This document shows positions 39,397-49,711 of a stretch of 64,000 nucleotides of DNA, one piece after another. This stretch comes from an uncultured Verrucomicrobiae bacterium (GTDB lineage Bacteria; Chlamydiota; Chlamydiia; Chlamydiales; Rhabdochlamydiaceae). Every line of letters starts with the position of its first letter. Position 1 is the first letter of the stretch. The stretch lies in assembly GCA_963718565.1 (NCBI GenBank), contig OY970364.1:1376001-1440000 (forward strand), in the 5' to 3' direction. A program made the translations under genes and the position numbers. The notes under the pieces were generated by a model. It worked only from the letters and a program-made list of their open reading frames with translations, had not been told where the DNA came from and did not search any database.

Positions 39397-39417
39397 TCAA
39401 AAACCAACCTTCCAAGT

Positions 39418-39591
39418 TATACCGAAATGAATTCAAGATTTGGGAATTTGGCAAGGAGGCGCCCTGAATTTGAGCCAGTATATACGACGCCGAAGCAGCA
39501 CAACTTGAATAAGTTGTGCGATGCAGGCGGGCTCAAATACAGCGGCTGCCCGACGTAGCCAAAAACCAAATCTTGAGTTCATTTCGGTATA
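39418..39591. mobile_element. Family B MITE, 174 bp
   Basis: Exact reverse complement of 50647-50820 on manual comparison. Confidence 0.93.
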
Positions 39592-39633
39592 TACTGCGCC
39601 CAGTCTAAAATGGTTCCCCTTTAAGGCGCACAC

Positions 39634-39790
39634 AAAAAAAAAGGCCTGACCAGTTGACTGGTCAGACCTCGGAGGATATTAGTCAGAGCTACATGTCACA
39701 GCGCCCCGTGCAATAAAATTTAACTTTTATTAGTGTTATCTTGAACAGAGTTTTGTTAAAACTATTTGTAATAACAAACCTATTGAAGAT
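39634..39790 (-). ncRNA. Candidate small RNA (~155 nt)
   Basis: TTTCAA-17 nt-TATAAT promoter (39825-39797), no ORF, terminator AGGTCTGACCAG-TCAA-CTGGTCAGGCCT plus a T run. Confidence 0.55.
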
Positions 39791-40050
39791 ATTACAATTA
39801 TAGTAAGTTTTATATTAATTTGAAACAAAAAATATTTGACAATCCTATTCAACGCAACGCGCTCATAATCAGTGAAATAGGAGTGTATTTTTTAATTTAC
39901 AAGAAATTAAAGTAATGAATTTGCAATTATGCAAGTGATTAATTTAGAATTAACTGTGAAATGCCTCATTTTTCCCTTCGCCTGACATCACGATTTAATC
40001 CCTTAAGAAAAGAAGCTTAACCAAGTTTTGCAGAAGTTTTGCAGAAGCCA

Positions 40051-40079
40051 TTTACAAAAATTTGAAGGTGTATTAGCAT
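40051..40079 (+). promoter_or_regulatory. Putative rpsD promoter
   Basis: TTTACA-17 nt-TAGCAT. Confidence 0.6.
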
Positions 40080-40092
40080 TCATCTCCATTGC

Positions 40093-40262
40093 TATACCGC
40101 GCACAGGAAGGTTTTATGAATTTGGACTCAGCGAGGCAAAGCACAATCGAAGCTTGCGCTCCGAATGACGAAGCCATAGTGAAAACTATGACTGAGGAAG
40201 AGGATCGATTGGGCAAAGCCGCAGCCAGTCCAAATTCACAAAACCTGACGGAGCGCGGTATA
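40093..40262. mobile_element. Family D MITE, 170 bp, in the rpsD leader
   Basis: Near-identical to 33584-33754. Confidence 0.92.
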
Positions 40263-40291
40263 AATACTTGGAGTTATTTTAGGAGACACTC

Positions 40292-40912
40292 ATGGTTCGA
40301 TACACAGGCCCCAAAAATCGCATTGCTCGTCGATTTGGAGCGAATATCTTCGGACGCGCACGCAATCCATTGCTTCATAAACCCAATCCTCCCGGAATGC
40401 ATGGCGCAAAAAGAAAGAAAAAATCCGACTTCGGCGTTCAGCTAGAAGAACAACAAAAACTTAAGGCGATTTATGGGATGCTCACACGCGCCCAACTCGT
40501 ACGCTACTACAAAGATGCCGTACGTGCTAAAGGCAACTCACCTTCACTATTCATTGAGCGCCTCGAGTGCCGACTGGATAATGTTGTTTATCGCCTCAAA
40601 CTCGCCCCCTCTATCTTTGCTGCGCAACAACTCGTTTCACATGGACACGTGCTTGTTAACGGCAAGAAGGTTGACCGCCGCTCTTTCTTTGTGAGACCCG
40701 GCATGGTCGTCTCGATTAAACCTAAATCACAGCAGATGCCAATTATTAAACAAAGTTTGGAGAATGTCGCTGCCGCTGTTCCTGAATACATGTCTTCTGA
40801 TCCAGCAAAGTTTTCTGGCCAGCTGCTCGTATCTCCGGCGATTGATCAGGTTCCATTCCCAATTCCTCTGAACGTGCCTTTGATCTGCGAATTCTTGGCA
40901 CACTCAAGCTAG
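40292..40912 (+). CDS. rpsD: 30S ribosomal protein S4
   Basis: [49 protein letters not shown]. Confidence 0.98.
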   Translation: MVRYTGPKNRIARRFGANIFGRARNPLLHKPNPPGMHGAKRKKKSDFGVQLEEQQKLKAIYGMLTRAQLVRYYKDAVRAKGNSPSLFIERLECRLDNVVYRLKLAPSIFAAQQLVSHGHVLVNGKKVDRRSFFVRPGMVVSIKPKSQQMPIIKQSLENVAAAVPEYMSSDPAKFSGQLLVSPAIDQVPFPIPLNVPLICEFLAHSS

Positions 40913-40933
40913 AGTATCTAAAAGGATCCACTC

Positions 40934-40964
40934 ATAAAGCAGCTCTAAAATAGAGCTGCTTTAT
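40934..40964. terminator. Bidirectional intrinsic terminator
   Basis: ATAAAGCAGCTCTA-AAA-TAGAGCTGCTTTAT between convergent genes. Confidence 0.75.
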
Positions 40965-40972
40965 TAAATGAA

Positions 40973-41350
40973 TCACTCTTTTATACTCTGTTTGTCTGAT
41001 TCTGGAGGGCCACCAAACTGCTGTGCAAAGTACTTGACGATATCCGAATTCCCATTCATTTGAGCAACTTGCCTAGGAGATATGTAATTAAACGGTTTCT
41101 TCTTCTGATCAACAAATATTCCAATACTAAAAGCATCGACATCGTTAAAACCTTTTTTTACAATCTTTTCACAATTTTTTAAGCTGCCATAAGCTGCTGC
41201 AACAAAAATTTTTTTAAACAACTTCGCAAATTGTTGATCTTCAGCCGATGTATGTTCCCCTTGTGTTGGCGGAAAACTACGAACAACAGAAGCCGCTCCG
41301 TTGTCACACGGAATAATCAAGCTAGCACGTATATTAGATACTACTGCCAT
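40973..41350 (-). CDS. Small protein with an ankyrin-like repeat
   Basis: AAAYGSLKNCEKIV and SPRQVAQMNGNSDIVKYF; GAGGAGG RBS. Confidence 0.7.
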   Translation of the reverse strand: MAVVSNIRASLIIPCDNGAASVVRSFPPTQGEHTSAEDQQFAKLFKKIFVAAAYGSLKNCEKIVKKGFNDVDAFSIGIFVDQKKKPFNYISPRQVAQMNGNSDIVKYFAQQFGGPPESDKQSIKE

Positions 41351-41463
41351 AGGATCCTCCTCTTTTTCTTGTTAAAAAAACCCTTTATCATGAGCAAGCT
41401 GAAGAGGTTGCCATGAATGTGTTGAGAAGTCAATTGGATAAAAAGGACGTACTCTAAGAGCTC

Positions 41464-43107
41464 CTAAAGCTCAGTCGGAACAAAACTTTTTCGTTTGACA
41501 CCAATGAGTTCCAGGATATCTTCTGCATTCAGCATCCAGGCATAAGAAAAGAACATCAAAACAAATGTTCCGCCCAAAGCTAAAAATTGCAGGCATTGCG
41601 CCGACACATCGCGTGAATATGCCACCCTATCGCTATTTCCTGTGACAATGTTAATCGTTGGGTCGCCAACAAAAAAATGTCCCACAAACAGGGTCGCAAC
41701 GCCTGCAATCAACGTGCAGGTTGCCGTTTTGAAAAAAGAGCGGAACACGCTCGCATCAAGAAGGGATTCCCCCATTCTTTGGGTAAGATGATAAGAGAGA
41801 TAAAAGCAATTGAACCAAGCGGCCACGCTCGTCGCGACAGCAATGCTAAATGCCCCCCATTTTAGGCCAAAAACAAATAGGGATACTGCAAGCAAATGCA
41901 GGATGACTGAGCTCACAGAGCCAATTGTCGGAATCCGGAATTCCTTTCTGGCATAAAATGCGGGCGCAAGGATCAGGACAAACACAGAGGGCACAAGGCC
42001 AAGTCCATATCCCCAAAGACAAACAACTGTCTGGTAAGTATCTTCCCCATTGAAATCTCCATGTCCATAGAGAAAATTAATCCCAGCCAGACCTAATACG
42101 AGAATTCCCACCGCGCAGGGGAAAATGAGACTAAAACTGCGCCGGAATGCAAACCTCAGCAACCTCACATAGTGATCATGGATCTTTTCCTTCAGAACCC
42201 GCGATAAAGAAGGTAAAAGTGCCGTCGAAAGTGCGACTCCAAACAATGCAAGAGGAAGCTGTTCAATACGGATCGCATACCACAAATAGGCTGGGCCTTC
42301 CAGAGAAGCATACCTAGCAAAAACTCCATCAAGTGCACTGTTGATCTGTACAGCACCGACACCGATAATGCCGAGAAAAAAAGGTTTTACGATCAGACGA
42401 AGTTGAGGGGAAAAAAGCTGGGGCATCAAGCAGTCTTTCCAAGACAAGGTCCGTTTAAGCAGTGCAAATGTCTGAGGCGCCAGCATCGCCCATTGCATAA
42501 AAAATGCAAGGATGATCGTAAGCGATAGGGGAAGGACTGTTGTGGAAGGATCACGTCCTTTGAGCATCAAGGTTGCTGCAATCCACACTCCATTGAATGC
42601 GACTGGAGCAAAGCCCGTGAGAAAAAAACGACGCTCGCACTGTAAAAGACTGCTGCTGAGTCCAAACAGACAAATAAATAATGCTCCGGGCAGCATCAAG
42701 ATTGTTAAATAAAGAATTTGTGCATTATCCGGATGCAGATTTCCCCATTTCCAAATTCCCCATAAAACAATCTCTACAACTCCAATCAATAAGATCAAAA
42801 ACAGGCTTAAAGAAAATAAAAGATCGCGAACAAACTTTGCCCCCTTTTCCGGAGAGACCGCCCGCATCTGTTCAAAGTGAGGAATGAACCCAGAAGAGAG
42901 GGGCCCTTCCCCAAAAAGACGACGGATTAAGTTCGCAAAGCGAAAGGCTACCATGAAAGCAGCAATCGCAGGATTGCTACCGAAGACAACCGCCATCGCC
43001 ATATCGCGTCCAAGGCCTGTCAAACGGCTTAAAAAAGTTCCTGATAAAAATGCAACAGAGGAACGAGAGACAACTTTAGGGGTATCCAAGAGATCTTCCT
43101 GAGACAT
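41464..43107 (-). CDS. murJ: Lipid II flippase MurJ/MviN
   Basis: SRLTGLGRD, AFRFANLIRRLFGEG, RIEQLPLALFG, AFYARKE. Confidence 0.95.
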   Translation of the reverse strand: MSQEDLLDTPKVVSRSSVAFLSGTFLSRLTGLGRDMAMAVVFGSNPAIAAFMVAFRFANLIRRLFGEGPLSSGFIPHFEQMRAVSPEKGAKFVRDLLFSLSLFLILLIGVVEIVLWGIWKWGNLHPDNAQILYLTILMLPGALFICLFGLSSSLLQCERRFFLTGFAPVAFNGVWIAATLMLKGRDPSTTVLPLSLTIILAFFMQWAMLAPQTFALLKRTLSWKDCLMPQLFSPQLRLIVKPFFLGIIGVGAVQINSALDGVFARYASLEGPAYLWYAIRIEQLPLALFGVALSTALLPSLSRVLKEKIHDHYVRLLRFAFRRSFSLIFPCAVGILVLGLAGINFLYGHGDFNGEDTYQTVVCLWGYGLGLVPSVFVLILAPAFYARKEFRIPTIGSVSSVILHLLAVSLFVFGLKWGAFSIAVATSVAAWFNCFYLSYHLTQRMGESLLDASVFRSFFKTATCTLIAGVATLFVGHFFVGDPTINIVTGNSDRVAYSRDVSAQCLQFLALGGTFVLMFFSYAWMLNAEDILELIGVKRKSFVPTEL

Positions 43108-43176
43108 ATTTTTTATCCATTGATAGACTTTATTGGGATAAGAAACTACTATAACCTGAATAATGGATTTATTTTA

Positions 43177-43445
43177 TAGAGGGAATTGCAAAAGGGTGTA
43201 TACTGAAGAAACTTCAAAAATTGGTTTTTTTAGCCCCCTGTAACGCCTGTACGAACACAGTCGGCAGGGGATCAACGCAAAGACGCAGAGCCGCGGAGGT
43301 TATAAATCGTTAACAACCATTTCTATTTTTCGAGCGAATTGCGAGATTGACAAAACGGAGTGATTTCCTGGGGGAGATTAAGCTGATTAGCTAAATAATT
43401 TCCCCCAGAAAATCACCCCGTTTTGTTAGTTTTGCAATTCCCTCT
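43177..43445. mobile_element. Nest of family A/B-related ends, including a hairpin element at 43332-43444
   Basis: TAGAGGGAATTGCAAAA at 43177; B-like end at ~43198; long IR GACAAAACGGAGTGATTT...AAATCACCCCGTTTTGTT ending TTGCAATTCCCTCT. Confidence 0.75.
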
Positions 43446-43469
43446 TAAGATTAAAAGTTTAGAATTTTT

Positions 43470-44342
43470 GTGAAAAAAGCAGCCGCTGAAGAATTGTTAA
43501 TTGGCGCCCATACCTCTGCTCAAGGCGGCGCCCATCACGCCATCCTGCAAGGACAAGAAATCGGGGCTACAACCATCCAACTTTTCACCAGCAACCAACG
43601 CCGCTGGGAAGGAAAGATAATCAGTGATGAAGAAGCGGCTCTTTTTAAAGATGCTGCTAAAGCTACAGGCATAAAAAAAATCATGAGCCATGACAGTTAT
43701 TTGATCAACCTTGGCTCTTCCAATCCTGAAACTTTGCAAAAAAGCCAAAAAGCCTTCAAAGAAGAATTGATCCGCTGTCACAAGTTGGATCTTGCCTTTC
43801 TCAATTTCCATCCAGGAGCTGCCGTAAGCTCATCCGAAGAAGAATGTCTGAATCGGATTGTAAAAAGTCTTGAACAACTCGAAAATCTTGTGGACAAAGG
43901 CGAGACACGCCTTCTTCTTGAAGCGACTGCCGGTCAAGGGTCTGCTGTCGGTTGGCGTTTTGAACATCTTGCTTATCTCATCGACCGCCTGCACAAAAAG
44001 ATGCGCATCGGCGTCTGTATCGACACATGCCATATCTTTGTCGCGGGTTATGACATTCGGACAAAGGAAGACTGGGATCGCACTTTAGAGAAATTTGACA
44101 CAGCCGTCGGCTTAAAACATCTCTACGCCTTTCATGTGAATGATTCCCTCAAGCCTTTTCAATCCCGTAAAGATCGACACGCTCCTCTGGGTAAAGGCGA
44201 AATCGGCTTAGAAAGTTTCAGAGTCATGATGACACATCCCCTCCTTCGAGAAATTCCAAAATATTTGGAAACTCCAGACGGGCCTGAGCTTTGGAAAAAA
44301 GAAATCGCCATGCTGCGAGAATTTGAGAAAAAAATCCTATGA
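43470..44342 (+). CDS. nfo: Endonuclease IV
   Basis: [38 protein letters not shown]. Confidence 0.96.
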   Translation: MKKAAAEELLIGAHTSAQGGAHHAILQGQEIGATTIQLFTSNQRRWEGKIISDEEAALFKDAAKATGIKKIMSHDSYLINLGSSNPETLQKSQKAFKEELIRCHKLDLAFLNFHPGAAVSSSEEECLNRIVKSLEQLENLVDKGETRLLLEATAGQGSAVGWRFEHLAYLIDRLHKKMRIGVCIDTCHIFVAGYDIRTKEDWDRTLEKFDTAVGLKHLYAFHVNDSLKPFQSRKDRHAPLGKGEIGLESFRVMMTHPLLREIPKYLETPDGPELWKKEIAMLREFEKKIL

Positions 44343-45724
44343 AACATACTAAGATTAAAAAGATTCAACAATCGGATCTCGGCAAAACTTTCACAGTCTG
44401 CGGATGGATCCGCACAATGCGTGAACAAAAAAGCTTTGCCTTCATTGAATTAAACGATGGTTCGACCTTATCTAGTTTACAAATCATCGTCGATCAAACC
44501 GTCCCCGGTTATACGGAGACGATCAGAATGCTATCCACAGGTGCATCGGCTGCCATCACTGGAGAGCTCGTCGAATCCCCAGGCCAAAAACAAAAATGGG
44601 AACTGAAAGCGACGAACATCCAAGTTTTTGGAACTTGCCCTGAAGAATATCCCCTGCAAAAAAAACGCCATTCTTTTGAGTTCTTACGCACAATAGCTCA
44701 TCTCCGTCCACGCACCAATACACAGGGCGCAATCTCACGCATTCGCAACGCTTTAGCATTTGCCACGCATCTTTTTTTTCAAGAGCGTGATTTCTTGTAC
44801 GTGCATACACCGATCATCACTGCTTCTGATTGTGAAGGTGCCGGTGAACAATTTCTCGTCACGAATTTAAACCTCGAAAAACCTCCACGCCATTCCGACG
44901 GCTCGATCGATTTCTCAAAAGACTTTTTCAGCAAGCCTGCTTATCTGACTGTCTCGGGACAACTCAATGCGGAAACGTTTGCTTGTGCGCTTTCAGATAT
45001 CTACACTTTCGGTCCAACATTTCGCGCCGAAAATTCTAACACTTCGCGTCATCTTGCCGAATTTTGGATGATTGAACCTGAGCTTGCTTTTGCCGATCTT
45101 AAAGATAATATGGAATGCGCAGAGTCTTTTTTAAAATACATCTTTAAATACGTGTTAAATCATTGCGCTGAAGACATGGCATTTTTTGATGCTTTTATTG
45201 AAAAAGGTGTGGTCGAACGCTTAAAACATGTTGTGGAATCTCCCTTTGCGTACTTGACCTATACAGACGCCATTGAAATCTTAAAAACATCGAATAAAAC
45301 CTTTCAATTTCCTGTCGAATGGGGCAATGATCTGCAATCGGAGCATGAACGCTATTTAGCAGAAGAGTACTGCAAAAAACCTGTCATCCTCACCGATTAT
45401 CCCGCTAAAATTAAATCCTTTTATATGCGCGCCAATGAGGATGGGAAAACTGTAGCTGCCATGGATGTTTTGGTGCCTAAAATCGGCGAGATCATCGGGG
45501 GCAGCCAGCGTGAGGAAAGGCTTGACCGCCTGGAACAGAAAATTCAGGATTTTGGACTCAAACCCGAAGACTATTGGTGGTATCTTCAATTGCGCAAGTA
45601 TGGGTCTGTCCCCCATTCAGGGTTTGGAGCTGGATTTGAACGCCTTGTCCTATTTACAACAGGTATGGAAAACATCCGCGACGTCATTCCTTTTCCACGC
45701 TTCCCAGGCCATGCTGAGTTCTAA
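44339..45724 (+). CDS. asnS: Asparagine-tRNA ligase
   Basis: [59 protein letters not shown]. Confidence 0.97.
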   Translation: MKHTKIKKIQQSDLGKTFTVCGWIRTMREQKSFAFIELNDGSTLSSLQIIVDQTVPGYTETIRMLSTGASAAITGELVESPGQKQKWELKATNIQVFGTCPEEYPLQKKRHSFEFLRTIAHLRPRTNTQGAISRIRNALAFATHLFFQERDFLYVHTPIITASDCEGAGEQFLVTNLNLEKPPRHSDGSIDFSKDFFSKPAYLTVSGQLNAETFACALSDIYTFGPTFRAENSNTSRHLAEFWMIEPELAFADLKDNMECAESFLKYIFKYVLNHCAEDMAFFDAFIEKGVVERLKHVVESPFAYLTYTDAIEILKTSNKTFQFPVEWGNDLQSEHERYLAEEYCKKPVILTDYPAKIKSFYMRANEDGKTVAAMDVLVPKIGEIIGGSQREERLDRLEQKIQDFGLKPEDYWWYLQLRKYGSVPHSGFGAGFERLVLFTTGMENIRDVIPFPRFPGHAEF

Positions 45725-45732
45725 AAAGCAGG

Positions 45733-47049
45733 TTACGCAAGATGTCTATTGAAAATGCCGCGCCTGCCTTGGGACAAGACACCAGCCCCCAGACCTAAAA
45801 GCATGAACGCAAACGCTAAAATCGTTCCGAAAACAGGAATGGGTGTTAAACAGAAATAAACGATGAGTCCTAAAAAGAACGAGGGCAGGCGGTTGGCCTT
45901 CATTCCCATTTTTCCAAAAATCCAATTGAAAGCCCAAAAAATGCAGTAGACCTTAGCTGTATAAAAGCCAATGATATTAAGTGCAATCAGCGTCAAGGCA
46001 AAAGGAATTCCTAAAATCGTCATCAGCATTAATAAAGCGGCCAGTGGAAGCAAAATCAGTAACATGAGGCCATAGGAAAGCGACTTCAGAGGATGTTTTT
46101 TCAATTCGTAGAGGGCTGATTCTAAGTTTTTGGGGAAGATTTTAATCAGAATCACACCGATCACAAACGTGTAAATAAAATTCATCAAAATCGCCACGAT
46201 CTTAGAGCCAACAAGAAGACTCTGAATCCAGGTCCCCTTGACAAGTTCGTGAACAAAAGATGGGTGATATTCCACGATACCGCGAATGGTAGCCCCCGGC
46301 TCAATCCAAGCAGGACTATTGCTGCGATAATCTAAATTACGTCCGATGACAGCCTTTGATGTGATCCGCATCTGTCCCACATAACATTGCAAGTCGTTGT
46401 TGATTTGAGCAGAAACGCGTAAATTAGAAGCGAGAACTGTTGCATCTGAGCCGATTGTCGATGCGAGATCGACATTCCCCGCAGTTGCGACGAGATTTCC
46501 ATGGAGCGAAGCTGAAGAAAGCAGTTGCAGGTTGCCCGCAACGATCGTCGCGTTTTTGCCAATGTCTCCACTGATTAAAACTTGCCCTCCCACAATTCGG
46601 CAGTTATGCGTGACTCTCCCAGGGATATCAATGCTACCGCCGCAGCAAAGCAAATCTCCGTTCACAACTCCGTCGATGATCACTTGCTCGGAAAAAATAT
46701 ATACATCCCCATTGACTGTTCCAGAAATTTCCACGTTCGCCGCAGAAGCGAAATAATCTCCATTGTGCACAGCATCCGAGGGTAAAATCGTGATGCTTTC
46801 CACATGTTTATGTCCTGGATTGGGCTCCTCAGCACAGAGCCGAGGAAAAATGAGAATCGCACAAAGGCAAATGATCAAGTGATATACCGAAATGAACTCA
46901 AAAGTTGGGAATTTGACAAGGGGGTTGCGCAAATTTTTTGTCTGGAGCGAGCGACCATTGTGCAAGCACAAGGCGCGAGTGAAGACAAAAAATTTGCTGC
47001 ATAGCCAACGCAGCCAAAAACCAACTTTTGAGTTCATTTCGGTATACAA
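45733..47049 (-). CDS. Membrane protein with beta-helical (bactofilin/polymer-forming-like) repeats; N-terminus includes a MITE
   Basis: V.I.G.VNGD repeats followed by ~5 TM segments; the first ~55 codons are element-derived; start uncertain. Confidence 0.8.
   Translation of the reverse strand: MYTEMNSKVGFWLRWLCSKFFVFTRALCLHNGRSLQTKNLRNPLVKFPTFEFISVYHLIICLCAILIFPRLCAEEPNPGHKHVESITILPSDAVHNGDYFASAANVEISGTVNGDVYIFSEQVIIDGVVNGDLLCCGGSIDIPGRVTHNCRIVGGQVLISGDIGKNATIVAGNLQLLSSASLHGNLVATAGNVDLASTIGSDATVLASNLRVSAQINNDLQCYVGQMRITSKAVIGRNLDYRSNSPAWIEPGATIRGIVEYHPSFVHELVKGTWIQSLLVGSKIVAILMNFIYTFVIGVILIKIFPKNLESALYELKKHPLKSLSYGLMLLILLPLAALLMLMTILGIPFALTLIALNIIGFYTAKVYCIFWAFNWIFGKMGMKANRLPSFFLGLIVYFCLTPIPVFGTILAFAFMLLGLGAGVLSQGRRGIFNRHLA
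46883..47046. mobile_element. Family B-type TIR element with a different core, 164 bp
   Basis: TATACCGAAATGAACTCAAAAGTTGG / CCAACTTTTGAGTTCATTTCGGTATA. Confidence 0.9.
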
Positions 47050-48041
47050 GCAAACGCTCTCTTTTCTTTTTGCCGAAACGCATAATGATAACGCTGAACG
47101 CTCTCTAAAATCAACCCTTCCGCACGATGAATTTCGACCACATTCTTCTCCTGCTTCTTTTCAATCAAGGCAGTGAGTTCTTCCATATTTAAAAGAACCA
47201 GTTGCGGGTGCTTTGAAAGATGAGGATCGACATTTCTTGGGATGCTGAGATCAAAAATCAAGCGTGTCTGCAGATTTTCTTGGGGTTTATCGACAATAAA
47301 ATGGGAAGCATTGGACCCGCAAACCACCACAGGATAGTCCTGCCACGAGGACAATCTCTCCCAAGGCAAAAGAGACAACCCTTCTTTTTCAGACATCGCT
47401 TTGGCGGAATGGAGCGAACGCGTACATAAGGTAATTTTATTAACCCCCTTCCGTTTGAAATGAGCCATCACTTTCCGATTAATTTCAGAATTACCGATAA
47501 AGAGCACGGATTGATCTTGGAATTCTTTGAGTAAGTGTTCACTGACCTGATAGAGAATTTTTGCAATCGTGATTTGATTTTGTGAAAGAGAAGAATGAGA
47601 GCGGATCTGTTTGCCGAGTTTTAACGACTTTTGGAACAAGAAATGCATGCAACTCGGCAAATGGTAATGTAATACTGTTTGTTCATAGGCGATCTTTACC
47701 TGCCGCTGAATTTCCGATTCTGCAATGATCGCACTATCGAGTCCTGAAGTGACGATAGCAAGATGCATAAAGCAATCGAAGCCAAAAAAAGAATACAATT
47801 TATGTTCAAAGGGAATAGCGATTTCTTCTCTCAAGAGATTGAGTAGAACACTATGCGCCTCAGCGAGATTGTCGGAGCTGAAATAAATTTCTGAACGATT
47901 GCACGTAGACAAAACAACACAATGATAGCTTTCAGCAACTTCGCCATCACGCGCAATCCTCCTCTGGCAAGCTCTTGAAACATACTCCCGTATGTCAATT
48001 TCCGCCGATTTGTGATTGATTCCCAGGACACCGATCTTCAT
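47034..48041 (-). CDS. hemA: Glutamyl-tRNA reductase
   Basis: GINHKSA, LSTCNRSEIY, SGLDSAIIAESEI, DLSIPRNVD. Confidence 0.92.
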   Translation of the reverse strand: MKIGVLGINHKSAEIDIREYVSRACQRRIARDGEVAESYHCVVLSTCNRSEIYFSSDNLAEAHSVLLNLLREEIAIPFEHKLYSFFGFDCFMHLAIVTSGLDSAIIAESEIQRQVKIAYEQTVLHYHLPSCMHFLFQKSLKLGKQIRSHSSLSQNQITIAKILYQVSEHLLKEFQDQSVLFIGNSEINRKVMAHFKRKGVNKITLCTRSLHSAKAMSEKEGLSLLPWERLSSWQDYPVVVCGSNASHFIVDKPQENLQTRLIFDLSIPRNVDPHLSKHPQLVLLNMEELTALIEKKQEKNVVEIHRAEGLILESVQRYHYAFRQKEKRAFACIPK

Positions 48042-48092
48042 GACTATCCTAAAATAAAATGCCTTTATAAACGGTGGGAGAATTTAATGTCA

Positions 48093-48698
48093 TCATGGTG
48101 ATGTAAGTTCTTGCATGATGAGTTCGAGAGAAAATCCCCGGCGGCTAAGTTTGGCCATCCACTTTCTCATCTCTTTTGGGTCATTGCGTTTCATTTTACT
48201 CGCATTTTTTTTCAGCCACTTCTGCAGATTGTGTTGGTCCATGCGTTCAGCTTGTTGAAGATGTTGGCGAAGCTGAGAATCGCTGATTCCTTTTTTTTGC
48301 TTGAGTTTAAAATAAATCGCTCTTGCCGATTGTCCTTTTTTCATTTCTTTAGCAAACAACCGTTCTATTTCTGCGGCGTCATTGACATACTCTTTTTCAC
48401 AACAATGCGCAACAGCCTCTTTAGCAATCTGGGGTGAGCATCCTTTTGCCACAAGTTTGGCCTCGAGCTCAGAGGATAAGTAATTTCGCCGTGATAGGAG
48501 AAAAAGGGCGTATCTTTTGGCGATTTTTTTCTCTAAAAGCAAGAACTTGGAGTAAAAACTCTCCCAACTTAAATCCATTGGGAGCTTCTTTAAGTCATTA
48601 AGAAATAGCGATTTGCATATTTTTCTCCATGGTTCTCCTTCCCAATAGAGAATCAAGGACTTAGGATCGTCTTTTTTAATTTCGAGTTTTAAAGCCAT
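48093..48698 (-). CDS. recX: RecX-family regulatory protein
   Basis: ALFLLSRRNYLSSELEAKL, YVND, KG....I..KLKQK, LSRRGFS. Confidence 0.75.
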   Translation of the reverse strand: MALKLEIKKDDPKSLILYWEGEPWRKICKSLFLNDLKKLPMDLSWESFYSKFLLLEKKIAKRYALFLLSRRNYLSSELEAKLVAKGCSPQIAKEAVAHCCEKEYVNDAAEIERLFAKEMKKGQSARAIYFKLKQKKGISDSQLRQHLQQAERMDQHNLQKWLKKNASKMKRNDPKEMRKWMAKLSRRGFSLELIMQELTSP

Positions 48699-48786
48699 AT
48701 AAATGAATTGTTTAGATCAACGGTGACGGTAAAACAAATTTGTAATTATACACTTCTTTAGATATAATAAAAGATGAAAGGGGAGA

Positions 48787-49005
48787 GTGATTCCCTTTTC
48801 AAGGAAGTTTATGGATTCTAATGCTCTTACCACACAAAGCAGTTTTTTACCTGACAACCTTCCTCCTAATACCGAGGCTTTTTACAATTCCCCTCAATTT
48901 GCGCACAATCAACTACAATTCTTTTCGTCTTTGGTCAGTTTTTGCGACAGGGCTCAGCGAGCAGGTCTCGAACAAATCAAAGAAGCCATTGAAGGTCTGA
49001 GCTAA
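48787..49005 (+). CDS. Small hypothetical protein
   Basis: 72 aa (or from ATG 48811), followed by terminator CCGCTCTTT...AAAGAGCGG-T8. Confidence 0.55.
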   Translation: MIPFSRKFMDSNALTTQSSFLPDNLPPNTEAFYNSPQFAHNQLQFFSSLVSFCDRAQRAGLEQIKEAIEGLS

Positions 49006-49148
49006 AAAATTTCTGCCGCTCTTTATTTCAAAGAGCGGTTTTTTTATTTTTATTCATAAGTTACACAAAATCAACACATTATATTTCTACTAAAAATAAC
49101 AATTAATTTTTATTAAATTGATCGATAATTCGGGAATATCTATTATAA

Positions 49149-49258
49149 AGAAGGAATTGCAAAACTCCTCGCCAGCAGAAAACCGATGATTTTTGGCACC
49201 TGTTGCCAGAACCCGCACAGCGGGTTCGATTGGCGGCGGCGAAGGCATACTTGGATAA
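49149..49258. mobile_element. Family A half copy
   Basis: Matches the reverse complement of ~37992-38100. Confidence 0.85.
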
Positions 49259-49269
49259 AGGGATAAGTA

Positions 49270-49539
49270 ATGACAACACCGACGGATCCCACACATAACG
49301 TCCCCATTCCACCCACTGGTGGGCCTCAGCAGCAGCCACCTCCAGCGACCAGTTATTTGGACCCGATGGGGGTTTGGCAAAAATTTTTAAGTGCCGGAGG
49401 TATCAAAGCTACCCCTCAAGAAGTCCAGATGTTTATTCAAGGGATGATGAAAATGTTCAACGTTGTTATTCAACAGCAAAACGAATCCTACCGGCGCTCC
49501 AACGAACAGCTTAAAAAAGCCGAACAAGGCGACGAATAA
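49270..49539 (+). CDS. Small hypothetical protein (Pro/Thr-rich N-terminus, possible T3S substrate)
   Basis: 89 aa ATG ORF followed by a hairpin at ~49543-49587. Confidence 0.7.
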   Translation: MTTPTDPTHNVPIPPTGGPQQQPPPATSYLDPMGVWQKFLSAGGIKATPQEVQMFIQGMMKMFNVVIQQQNESYRRSNEQLKKAEQGDE

Positions 49540-49711
49540 GCATTTCTCGATGAAGAATTTTCCTAGAGGAAAATTTTCATCGGGAAAGTAAATTACCCCA
49601 TTTTCTCTCTTGGAAAACATGCATTTCAAATAAAACTTACACAGAATTCACCGCTCCATAAAGACAAAAAGGTTCAAAAGAATGTCCAATCTGTAAAAAA
49701 TAGAACATGGT

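Noticed and set aside
39160..39633. Overlapping 62-82-aa ORFs
   Set aside because: They lie largely within the two family B elements.
40023..40048. Tandem AAGTTTTGCAG duplication
   Set aside because: Only two units; no evidence of function.
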